Shown here piece after piece: positions 1 to 7,420 of a stretch of DNA of 64,000 nt. This DNA is from Actinomycetota bacterium (lineage in GTDB: Bacteria > Actinomycetota > Aquicultoria > SURF-47): the NCBI GenBank assembly GCA_003599235.1, contig QZJE01000013.1, positions 78,536 to 142,535 of the forward strand, read 5' to 3'. Numbering within the stretch: the first letter of the stretch is position 1; every line of letters begins with the position of its first letter. The notes beneath the pieces were generated by a model. That model was not told the origin of the DNA. It was given only the letters and a program-made list of their open reading frames with translations, and did not search any database. The position numbers and the translations under genes were made by a program.

Positions 1-104
1 CTTGGCAAGAGCTCGTTTTTTTGCCAGATATTATTTCCATCGCTAAAAGCTACGGTAACTTGATTCGAAGCAGTATCAAAAGCCAGGATCTTTATTTTAA
101 CCAC
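1..104 (-). CDS. tsaB: tRNA threonylcarbamoyladenosine biosynthesis protein TsaB (N-terminal fragment, runs off window)
   Basis: The minus strand from a GTG at 104 reads VKIKILAFDTASNQVTVAFSDGNNIWQKNELLP. The ILAFDTAS opening is typical of TsaB/YeaZ. It overlaps the tsaE stop by 13 nt, consistent with the usual tsaE-tsaB pairing. Confidence 0.55.
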   Translation of the reverse strand, partial: MVKIKILAFDTASNQVTVAFSDGNNIWQKNELLP

Positions 105-565
105 TCCTTAACTCTTGACTCCCATCTTTCACCTGTTGGCCAAATCTCTATTTGACGGCTACTGGGTTCATCTAAGCAACGAAATCTTATCTCGAGGTAG
201 GCTTCAGGCAAAAGACCTGATACTTTCTCTCCCCATTCGACCACACTTACGCCATCACTATAGAAATATTCTTCTAAGCCAAGTTCAGCCAAAGCCGGCC
301 CTTCCAAGCGGTAAGCATCAATATGATATAGATTAAGGCGACCGGGGTATTCTTTTATTAAGACAAAGCTGGGGCTTGATACTTGGCCCTCTACCTCTAA
401 TCCTTTAGCTAATCCGGACACAAAAACAGTCTTGCCAGCCCCTAAATTGCCAATAAGGATTATTATGTCCCCTGGTTCTAATAGTGGAGCTAATCTCTGA
501 CCTAATTCTTTGGTTTCCTCGGAGGATTTGGTTAGTACTTTCATTGCCCATTGCCCTTTGACCAC
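92..565 (-). CDS. tsaE: tRNA t6A biosynthesis ATPase TsaE
   Basis: 157-aa ORF with Walker A GNLGAGKT and the SPSFVL..Y....L.H.D.YRL pattern of the TsaE/YjeE family. The real start may be the internal ATG (MKVLTK) at 544. Confidence 0.85.
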   Translation of the reverse strand: MVKGQWAMKVLTKSSEETKELGQRLAPLLEPGDIIILIGNLGAGKTVFVSGLAKGLEVEGQVSSPSFVLIKEYPGRLNLYHIDAYRLEGPALAELGLEEYFYSDGVSVVEWGEKVSGLLPEAYLEIRFRCLDEPSSRQIEIWPTGERWESRVKEWLK

Positions 566-578
566 TGACCACTGGCCA

Positions 579-1184
579 TTAGAATAGGCTTTGCTGCTTG
601 GCTTGCGGCACCTTTTCAGGCTCTGGATCTGGCTTTTCGTTTAATATTTTTTTTAATTTCCTAAAATCTTCCTCTAGATCCACCAAAGTAGTCCTGGCGT
701 ATAAAGCCGCTGCCGGATGATAAATAGGAAAAATCGTATAGCTATCAGCTTTGAACTTCTGGCCGTGTATCTTGCTGATTGATATCGGCTTATCAAGTAA
801 AAGCCTGGTAGCATGAGCCCCTAGGGTAGCTACTATTTTTGGTTTGATTATTTTTATTTGCTCAAATAAAAGAGGCTTGCATACTGCAATTTCGTCTGGT
901 AAGGGATCTCGGTTATTAGGTGGACGGCATTTCAATACGTTGGCAATGTAGACATCCTCACGCTTAAGACCGATTGAAGCTAGAAGCTTAGATAGCAGTT
1001 GACCGGCAGCTCCAACAAAAGGCTTTCCTTGTAAATCTTCATTGCGTCCGGGGGCCTCGCCTACAAACATCAAGTCGGCTCTGTCGTTGCCATCGCCAAA
1101 AACAACATTTGTTCGGTCTTTACATAAGTTAGTACATTTACTACATTCTTTTGCTTTTTGCTCAAGATCAGTTAAGGCAGACAT
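579..1184 (-). CDS. Uracil-DNA glycosylase, family 4
   Basis: Contains the [25 protein letters not shown] motif, N-terminal Cys residues (C..C) and a C-terminal HPAA motif, all characteristic of family-4 UDG. Confidence 0.85.
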   Translation of the reverse strand: MSALTDLEQKAKECSKCTNLCKDRTNVVFGDGNDRADLMFVGEAPGRNEDLQGKPFVGAAGQLLSKLLASIGLKREDVYIANVLKCRPPNNRDPLPDEIAVCKPLLFEQIKIIKPKIVATLGAHATRLLLDKPISISKIHGQKFKADSYTIFPIYHPAAALYARTTLVDLEEDFRKLKKILNEKPDPEPEKVPQAKQQSLF

Positions 1185-1210
1185 ATTGCTAGTATATACT
1201 AATCCAATGA

Positions 1211-1245
1211 AGCTTACAGCTTATAACTTACTGCTTACAGCTGAA
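1211..1245 (-). repeat. Heptad stop-codon array (4 TAA at exact 7-nt spacing) directly after the stop of the 1246..1980 gene
   Basis: The minus strand reads TAA ttcagct gtaagca gtaagtt ataagct gtaagct. A 7-nt period moves TAA through all three frames. Confidence 0.6.
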
Positions 1246-1980
1246 TTAGACTCCCACTTTCGGGTAGAGAAGACGTTTACAAACAAGCCCTATTATTACA
1301 AGGGCTGTCCCAAAAATCAAAAAACCATTTGCAATTGGATTACACATCTGCTCAAGACAGCCAAGAGGGTCTTTCATAATTGCTTGGTAGCCGGAAGGAA
1401 AATTACCCTCAAGATAATTAACAAGACAGATACAGCACTTCAAAGGAAAGCCGGCACATATAAAAGCTATGCCGGGCAATATTAACCTTCCTGCATTAAC
1501 AGCAAAATAAACCAAACCAAAAAGTAACAAAGCTGCAGTTGGTATAAAAATTAATAAAAGATTATATGCGCGGCTGTGCGAAGAAGAGTTACCCATATAG
1601 CAAAAAATGTCTAAAAATGGAGCCACAGGGGCTATGAAACTTAAGTTCATCTCCTTGTTATAGACTTGTTTGGTTAAATCGTCACTTAGTTTCTGTTTCA
1701 AATCTTTCATGGATAAACCGCATATTTGGCTACCTTTTAAGCTGAACTCGCAAGGCAGGTTCGGCAAACTAATAACCCTGGAAGGCTCAGATTTAGCCAA
1801 AGCTTGAAGGCCATCTAAAGAATCATGCGGCAATTGAAGAACATAACTCCGGGTAGCAATATTAATTATTTTTCTTGCCTGATTTTTTTCAGAAATGCGG
1901 TAGACAACAAAGGCAGCACTGCTATAAATCAGAATAAATATTAGATTAAGAAAAATAAACCATTTGAAAAAATTCCGCAA
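1246..1980 (-). CDS. Hypothetical integral membrane protein
   Basis: 244-aa ORF with an N-terminal hydrophobic helix ([20 protein letters not shown]) and several C-terminal hydrophobic segments. No family recognised. Confidence 0.55.
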   Translation of the reverse strand: MRNFFKWFIFLNLIFILIYSSAAFVVYRISEKNQARKIINIATRSYVLQLPHDSLDGLQALAKSEPSRVISLPNLPCEFSLKGSQICGLSMKDLKQKLSDDLTKQVYNKEMNLSFIAPVAPFLDIFCYMGNSSSHSRAYNLLLIFIPTAALLLFGLVYFAVNAGRLILPGIAFICAGFPLKCCICLVNYLEGNFPSGYQAIMKDPLGCLEQMCNPIANGFLIFGTALVIIGLVCKRLLYPKVGV

Positions 1981-2103
1981 TTATACCGCCCCTACTATCT
2001 AGACCATAGTTTACTAGTTTATAGATTTCTTGCCAAAATTATAGGTATAAATGGAAATGCTTACCAATTAAATTATCGGCAGTATAGTTGGCATACTTGA
2101 TAC

Positions 2104-2739
2104 TTATCTTACAGAAGTTTTAAGAAGGGGGGTGTTCTGTCTTTGAATATCAAGGTAGCTAAACTCTAAACCATCTTTGAAGTGCACGGTTTCGTGCATA
2201 TACCAATAAACTGTTCTTAGCCCTTTTAAGCAAACGATGTGAGTAGGAAATCGTTTTGAAAAATACTTAAGAATTAGGTCAGCAGTCTCATGAACCAAAC
2301 AGTACTGCGCCATTACTATCCCTGTATGCTCCCTTACCGGTCGAAAGTTAAGACTTTTTGCACGGTTTACTTCAACTACCACATCTTTGGATAAACTTTT
2401 AAGAAGTCTTGATTCAGCTGAGACACCGAACATCACATATGGTAAGCCCTTTTCTAAAGCCTGCATGGCGACCTTGGCGCAAAGATCATAAGAGCAATCC
2501 TTATTACGCATAGCAACAGCCATCTCTTGGCGAAGTAATTTGGAATCAGATATTTTATGAAATCCTGCCGGGTAGCCAAAATTAACAACGTATCTAGAAA
2601 AAAGATCTTCGAGGTTAAATATATCTAAGTTATCAGTTTCTAAATTAAAAGCTTTTTGGGAGGTGGGGAGGCTAAATAGTTTAGTATAAATAGCTTCCTT
2701 TAGTATTGTTTTAGGCGGCTTCTTTAATGTTTGCAACAT
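2104..2739 (-). CDS. Hypothetical protein
   Basis: 211-aa ORF in the local coding orientation. No recognisable motif. Confidence 0.5.
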   Translation of the reverse strand: MLQTLKKPPKTILKEAIYTKLFSLPTSQKAFNLETDNLDIFNLEDLFSRYVVNFGYPAGFHKISDSKLLRQEMAVAMRNKDCSYDLCAKVAMQALEKGLPYVMFGVSAESRLLKSLSKDVVVEVNRAKSLNFRPVREHTGIVMAQYCLVHETADLILKYFSKRFPTHIVCLKGLRTVYWYMHETVHFKDGLEFSYLDIQRQNTPLLKTSVR

Positions 2740-2895
2740 TGCCTGCTACGTTTAACCGGAAGCCTACCAACAAGTACCAGCTAGGCGGAACCGGTAACTA
2801 GTCTAACGATATATTCCAGTACAATATATAGTATATAAGGATAAAAGGCAACACTAAGTCTGGTAAAAGGCAATAAAGGCCAAAAGTATTTAGGC

Positions 2896-3123
2896 CTATA
2901 GGCCTTTGTCGCCTTTTCTGCCTTTATCCAATTGTCCGAGGCATTCCTTGGCATAGGGGCAGTAATCCTGGCACCAGTTGATATCTCTGAAGACGAGATT
3001 TTTACAATTGCTGCATTTTACTTTTTTGTCGCCAGTAAAAAACTCAACCATCTCACCGCAATGCGGACAAGGAGCTTCTTCTATTTGGACTTCGCTTCCC
3101 GGACACTTACGTATTTTTGACAC
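2896..3123 (-). CDS. Small Cys-rich zinc-ribbon protein
   Basis: 75 aa with CPHC..(16)..CSNC pairs plus additional Cys residues (C..YC....C). Confidence 0.55.
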   Translation of the reverse strand: MSKIRKCPGSEVQIEEAPCPHCGEMVEFFTGDKKVKCSNCKNLVFRDINWCQDYCPYAKECLGQLDKGRKGDKGL

Positions 3124-3260
3124 TTAAGATCACCTCAAAAAATTCAAATCACAAAATTCAAATCACAAATAAAATCCAATCTCCAAATCCTAAATTCCAA
3201 ATAGTGTTTGTATGTTGGAATTTGTTATTTATTTGTTATTTAATACTTGGTGCTTGTTGT
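3124..3260. repeat. CA-rich/GT-rich imperfect palindromic intergenic element (copy 1)
   Basis: An A/C-rich arm (caaatcacaaaattcaaatcacaaataaaatccaatctccaaatcctaaattccaaa) is followed by a G/T-rich arm (tttgtatgttggaatttgttatttatttgtt...ttggtgcttgttg). It shares AAATTCCAAA and TTGGTGCTT with the copy at 39674..39790. Confidence 0.6.
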
Positions 3261-4457
3261 TTATATTTTAGTTACCACCTTACCAAATTCTTCCTCTTTA
3301 ATAACCGACATAAACGAGGGCCAACCGTTCTGAAATCTAAACCAATTATCCCCGTTCTTTTTAGCATAACGGAGTGCTGAAAACAAAACATGCCCTATGT
3401 TGTTGATATGGCCTCCAACATCTTTATGATAACAATCCCTGAGAGTAGTAAGGCTAGCCAGAGAAAAACTTTTAGGAATTATACTCTTTTTTAGAAAATA
3501 CCCCGGGTAAGGATCAAGTTCTTCTAAGGGGAATTGCTTAAAATCATCAGGCCGCCTAAAAGCCCTTTTTAATTTTTCTCTTTCATAGATAAAACGATAG
3601 TAATCCTGCTTCATCCCCATGGTATGCCCCATATGTTCTGGGGGAACGTGGGTTAGAGCAATTTCATTATCTAGATAAAAATTATTGCCTAATAGCTTAG
3701 CGTTTATTAGATAATCAATATCTTCTCCCCGAAGTATCCAGGGATCAAAACTGACCTTTTCAAAAAGATCTTTGTGGATCACCATCGCCCCGCCCAAAGC
3801 CAGAGGAGTTTTTTTAAGCCGTGGCGGCTCTTTGATGGTTTTTAGTACCGCATTCATGGCCTTTCCTTTTTGCCAAAAAAAATCCCACCAAGGAACTATA
3901 TCGCTACCTAAATGCTCTCCTTTTTCATTAATGTAGTAGCCGGTTTTTCCTAGCACAACCTCATTATCAAAGTCTTTATTCATCTTATACTGGCAGCGCT
4001 TAATAAAATCAACTTGTTTTACTACTTCGTCATCATCAACTAAAATGGCCAAATCTGAATCCAAGAGCCTAGGAATTATTAAACAAAGGTTACGGATATT
4101 GGAATAGCCTTCCAAACTGACATATTTTTTTTGGAAAGCCATCCCTTTTCCCTCAAGGATTTGTTGTATTTTAGCCTCATTTGAGTGAGTGAATAGATAA
4201 AGATTTAGAGAAGGATAATTTGCTAAGAGCTTTAAAAGCTTATCCTCAAGAGGCTTTCTTAAATCAGGCTCGGTCATAGTTGCAATTATGGCTACATTGA
4301 AATCTCCTTCTACACTGGTAAGACTTTCTAAACAGCGGCCTAGCGTTCCCTCTTCATTAAAAGGGGTGGGATGGTCGTATATGTTATGCAGCTTAACCTG
4401 GCTTGGTATCCCTGATTCAGCCGTCCAGTATGTAGGAATACAGATTGTGGATCTCAT
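3261..4457 (-). CDS. Putative GT-A fold glycosyltransferase-like protein
   Basis: 398-aa ORF with ICIPTY near the N-terminus and an acidic ILVDDDEVV motif (DxD-like). Family assignment is uncertain. Confidence 0.45.
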   Translation of the reverse strand: MRSTICIPTYWTAESGIPSQVKLHNIYDHPTPFNEEGTLGRCLESLTSVEGDFNVAIIATMTEPDLRKPLEDKLLKLLANYPSLNLYLFTHSNEAKIQQILEGKGMAFQKKYVSLEGYSNIRNLCLIIPRLLDSDLAILVDDDEVVKQVDFIKRCQYKMNKDFDNEVVLGKTGYYINEKGEHLGSDIVPWWDFFWQKGKAMNAVLKTIKEPPRLKKTPLALGGAMVIHKDLFEKVSFDPWILRGEDIDYLINAKLLGNNFYLDNEIALTHVPPEHMGHTMGMKQDYYRFIYEREKLKRAFRRPDDFKQFPLEELDPYPGYFLKKSIIPKSFSLASLTTLRDCYHKDVGGHINNIGHVLFSALRYAKKNGDNWFRFQNGWPSFMSVIKEEEFGKVVTKI

Positions 4458-4502
4458 GGATTTAGAATACAGGATATAGGTTGCGTGTTACAAGCTACGT
4501 TT

Positions 4503-4590
4503 CGTAGAGGTGGCGCGCCGTGAGGCTTTCGACCGTCCGCAAGTTACCTGAGCACGGCGAAAGACTTCCGGCGCGACAGGACCCCTAGTT
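4503..4590. repeat. Long form of the GC-rich palindromic element
   Basis: Sequence cgtagaggtGGCGCGCCGTGaggCTTTCGaCCGTccgcaagttacctgagcACGGCGAAAGacttCCGGCGCGacaggacccctag. It has nested inverted repeats and the same tttcgtagagg left flank and GGCGCGCC core as the 28-nt copy in gpmI. It is a GC island in an AT-rich spacer. Confidence 0.55.
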
Positions 4591-4608
4591 ATCGGCTTGA
4601 TTAATAAC

Positions 4609-5079
4609 CTACTCGCTTATATCAGCAACGATGGCTTCAGTAACTTCTACTAAATCCTCTGGACGAATTTTAAGCATGGCGTTGAGTTCACCGCTTCCGG
4701 TATAGAGAACTTCGTTACCCATTAAGGATTCATCAATGATAGTCTGGGTAGAAGCTTTGTGAGCCACCGGAGGAGTAGCGCCAAGCATGTATCCCGTTAA
4801 ATCCACCGCTTCATCAGAGTTAACCAATTTGATTTTTGCATCAGCAAACAGATTTTTTACTTTCTTTAAGGAGACCTTTTTGTTACCGGGGATAATTGCA
4901 TTGAAAGGCTTATCGTCGATTTTAAGAATAATGGATTTGACGATTTCTTGTAACTTAAGACCTAGAATAGCCGCTGCTCGTTTTGCAGTCTTAGCTGGCT
5001 CATCTATTAAAAAAATTTCATGTTTAATAGCTTTATCTTGAAGATAGTTATGAACGTCTAGTCCTAACTTCATAACCAC
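4609..5079 (-). CDS. YbaK/ProX-type aminoacyl-tRNA editing (deacylase) domain protein
   Basis: 156 aa. Overall pattern (..A.ILG....IVKSII.K.D.....IIPG..KV..KK......) and size fit YbaK/EbsC-like proteins. Confidence 0.7.
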   Translation of the reverse strand: MVMKLGLDVHNYLQDKAIKHEIFLIDEPAKTAKRAAAILGLKLQEIVKSIILKIDDKPFNAIIPGNKKVSLKKVKNLFADAKIKLVNSDEAVDLTGYMLGATPPVAHKASTQTIIDESLMGNEVLYTGSGELNAMLKIRPEDLVEVTEAIVADISE

Positions 5080-5088
5080 ATCCTTGTC

Positions 5089-5119
5089 TAGCTATTAGCC
5101 TTTAGCTATTAGCTTTTAG
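5089..5119 (+). repeat. Heptad stop-codon array (5 TAG at exact 7-nt spacing)
   Basis: tagctat tagcctt tagctat tagcttt tag, with TAG at 5089, 5096, 5103, 5110 and 5117. Confidence 0.6.
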
Positions 5120-5302
5120 TTCAGACATATTATTGTATCACTACGATTATTATAGTATCAACCGATTGTTAACCAACCAAGTAATTCAATAGCTGATAAG
5201 TAAAAATACCCGAAACAGAAGGTGATTAAACAAAGCGCTTATTTGCCATGATAACAAGAGATGGTCAAAACAAAATTAAGTACTTTTGCCAATAAATATA
5301 TA

Positions 5303-5332
5303 TTGACATCTCAAACAATTTTTTTGTATATT
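5303..5332 (+). promoter_or_regulatory. Sigma-70-like promoter for brnTA
   Basis: TTGACA (5303-5308), 18-nt spacer, TATATT (5327-5332), just upstream of the ATG at 5346. Confidence 0.5.
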
Positions 5333-5345
5333 GTTAATATATACA

Positions 5346-5654
5346 ATGAATAAACGAAATCAGTTGGGAATACTTAAAAAAATCGTAGGCTTTCAATGGG
5401 ACGAGGCTAACGTTCACAAAAATTGGGAAAGTCATGGAGTAACATTTTTAGAATGTGAAGAGGTTTTTTTTAATGAGCCGTTAATTGTAGCCCGAGACGA
5501 TGCTCACTCTCAAGGAGAGGAAAGGTATTTTGTTTTAGGAAAGACTGACTTTGACCGGTTATTGTTTGTTGTATTTACAATTAGAAAAGAAAAAATAAGA
5601 GTGATATCAGCAAGAGATATGAACAAGAAAGAAAGGAGAGCTTATGAAAAATAA
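5346..5654 (+). CDS. brnT: BrnT family ribonuclease toxin (DUF497)
   Basis: FQWDEANVHKNWESHGVTFLECEEVF....LIV.D..HS..EERY...G......L.VVFT.R...IRVISAR matches the BrnT/DUF497 signature. The ORF-track TTG at 5331 falls inside the -10 box, so I prefer the ATG at 5346. Confidence 0.8.
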   Translation: MNKRNQLGILKKIVGFQWDEANVHKNWESHGVTFLECEEVFFNEPLIVARDDAHSQGEERYFVLGKTDFDRLLFVVFTIRKEKIRVISARDMNKKERRAYEK

Positions 5655-5922
5655 AAAAGCAATTCCTAAGTTTAAAAATGAAAAGGAAGAGCAAGAGTTT
5701 TGGGCAACCCATGATTCAACTGAGTACGTTGACTACTCTAAAGGCGAAAAAGCCTTATTCCCAAGCCTAAAGCCAACCCTTAAAACTATATCTTTGAGAT
5801 TACCACAATCACTGATTGAGCATTTGAAGTTACTGGCTAATAAGCGAGACATTCCTTACCAGTCCTTGTTAAAGATGTATTTGGCAGAAAAAGTTGAAGA
5901 GGAAATCAAACAAGCTGGTTAA
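5644..5922 (+). CDS. brnA: BrnA antitoxin (CopG/RHH-like)
   Basis: 92 aa and overlaps brnT by 11 nt. EEQEFWATHDSTEYVD...ISLRLPQSLIEHLKLLANKRDIPYQSLLKMYLAEKV is the BrnA pattern. Confidence 0.8.
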   Translation: MKNKKAIPKFKNEKEEQEFWATHDSTEYVDYSKGEKALFPSLKPTLKTISLRLPQSLIEHLKLLANKRDIPYQSLLKMYLAEKVEEEIKQAG

Positions 5923-5924
5923 GA

Positions 5925-5964
5925 GATTGCCACGTCGCTAAGCTCCTCGCAATGACGTTTTTTT
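5925..5964. repeat. Partial copy of the CGTCATTGCGAG-type element followed by a T-run, between convergent genes
   Basis: gattgccacgtcgctaagctcctcgcaatgacgttttttt shares tcgcta..agctcctcgcaatgacg with the right half of the 43387..43461 element. Confidence 0.5.
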
Positions 5965-6436
5965 ACTTAAGCTTAGCAGCTTGAATGGCTAAATTAACAG
6001 CTTCTAGAGGATCAGTGGCTAGAGTTATAGCTTCTACTTCTTTACCTTTTTTAGAAAGAGTCCATGTATTAAGACCGATTACCGGCTTGCCGATTTTTAA
6101 GGCTAGGGCGATTTCCGATAATGTGCCGTACTCTCCATCAATGGCTATTAGAGCATCACAAGAGCGGGCGATTAAGACATTGCGACCTTCTCCTAAGCCG
6201 GTAGGTATAGAATAACTAAGATAATCTGAGGAGCCAACCCTAGAAGATGAAGGCAGCAGTCCAATAACCGTACCACCCATTTGATTAGCTCCGTGGGCAG
6301 CCTCATGCATTACCCCGCCTAAGCCGCCGCAAACAAGCACCGCTCCGGCTTTAGCTACTGCTTTGCCGACTTCGTAGGCTAATTGTTCAGTTGTTTTGCC
6401 GGCAACGCCAGCGCCGATTACCCCAATGTAGTGCAT
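5963..6436 (-). CDS. TIGR00725-type SLOG/LOG-like Rossmann protein
   Basis: IGVIGAG....., VCGGLGGVM.EAA.GA...GG.VIGLLP and IAI.GEYGTLSEI are the hallmark motifs of the TIGR00725/LOG-like family. Confidence 0.75.
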   Translation of the reverse strand: MHYIGVIGAGVAGKTTEQLAYEVGKAVAKAGAVLVCGGLGGVMHEAAHGANQMGGTVIGLLPSSSRVGSSDYLSYSIPTGLGEGRNVLIARSCDALIAIDGEYGTLSEIALALKIGKPVIGLNTWTLSKKGKEVEAITLATDPLEAVNLAIQAAKLK

Positions 6437-6448
6437 AGTGCCTCATGC

Positions 6449-7345
6449 CTAGTTGTCGGATATATAGACAATTTTACCTAAAGAACCATCTTGGCCAAAG
6501 CCTCCGGTATAGATATCTATTGCCTGGCCACCTTTACCTCCGGCAACACTAACTTCTTTGCTCCCACTATATTTTTTAGGCAAACAAATAACTCCGCCTC
6601 CGCCTCCGCCGGCTCCTTGTATCTGTGAGGTTGCCCCGGTACCACCGTTAGCACTGATAGCACCATCTAAAACAAGTTTCTTTGCAATAAGAACTATTTT
6701 GCCCCCGGCTCCGCCGCCGCCGGTTTGCTTACCATCTTTTCCGTTAGCTAAGATTTTACCCTTAATAATAATTTCTGGGGCTTCAAGCATAATATATCCT
6801 CCGCCGGCTCCACCAACACCAGTACCCTTTTGACCTCTTGCTCCAGATGAACCAAAGCTTTCATCAACATCATAATAACCGTAATCAGCAGGGTTTGCTG
6901 CCGAAGAAGAAATGTCTCCTGCTCCGCCTAGGCCACCATGGCTTGCGCCACCACCGGCATACTCAAAAGAAATGCCGGCTCCAAGACCCTGACCTTGACT
7001 TTCATTAGCCTTTGATAAATAACCCTTTGCGCTAACATCAATTGATGCATTGGTATCAACAAATATCTTTTTTGTTGCCTTTAATACCAAACCCTTAGGT
7101 TCTTTTCTAGCTTGAAGAGTAATTTTGCCTGTAAGCTTTAGCTCAGAAAACTCGTATACTCCTGGGTAAAAAACCTTATCTTTAAACACTTTAGACGTAC
7201 TGCCAGAACCAAAATCATAGCGTATAGTGATTAGTTTTTTATCAGGTTTTGTTGGCAGACGCTTAACAAAATATGGAGATAACAAGGCTAGAAGAAAAAC
7301 AATAATAAATACAACAGGAGCTATAATCTTTGTTGCTTTTGGCAT
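6449..7345 (-). CDS. Membrane-anchored glycine-rich repeat protein
   Basis: 298 aa with an N-terminal TM (IIAPVVFIIVFLLALLSPYF). Repeated GGxGG/GGAGGG blocks alternate with short hydrophobic strands (IMLEA, IVLIA, VICL), which suggests a beta-helix-like solenoid. Confidence 0.6.
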   Translation of the reverse strand: MPKATKIIAPVVFIIVFLLALLSPYFVKRLPTKPDKKLITIRYDFGSGSTSKVFKDKVFYPGVYEFSELKLTGKITLQARKEPKGLVLKATKKIFVDTNASIDVSAKGYLSKANESQGQGLGAGISFEYAGGGASHGGLGGAGDISSSAANPADYGYYDVDESFGSSGARGQKGTGVGGAGGGYIMLEAPEIIIKGKILANGKDGKQTGGGGAGGKIVLIAKKLVLDGAISANGGTGATSQIQGAGGGGGGVICLPKKYSGSKEVSVAGGKGGQAIDIYTGGFGQDGSLGKIVYISDN

Positions 7346-7420
7346 AATTACCTTGCTTGTTTACCGGAAACTAAAAGTTACCTACAATAATAACATGGCA
7401 GCATTAAATAATTAATACAT

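Noticed and set aside
1042-1485. 147-aa plus-strand ORF bridging the UDG and membrane-protein genes.
   Set aside because: It is antisense to two well-supported minus-strand genes and crosses the heptad stop-repeat spacer. No independent support.
3117-3380. 87-aa plus-strand ORF with a Q/N/K-rich low-complexity N-terminus.
   Set aside because: It is generated by the CA-rich/GT-rich repeat element and then runs antisense into the 3261..4457 gene.
5085-5125. Possibility that the short periodic repeats (heptads) are a miniature CRISPR array or microsatellite.
   Set aside because: The units are 7 nt with no spacers, and there are only 4-5 copies. No cas genes are present. The arrays are too short and too regular for CRISPR, so I report them as stop-codon heptad arrays instead.
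6558-6833. Proline-rich 91-aa ORF (PPPPPPAP...).
   Set aside because: It is antisense to the glycine-rich protein gene. GGN codons read as NCC (Pro) on the other strand, so this is a compositional artefact.
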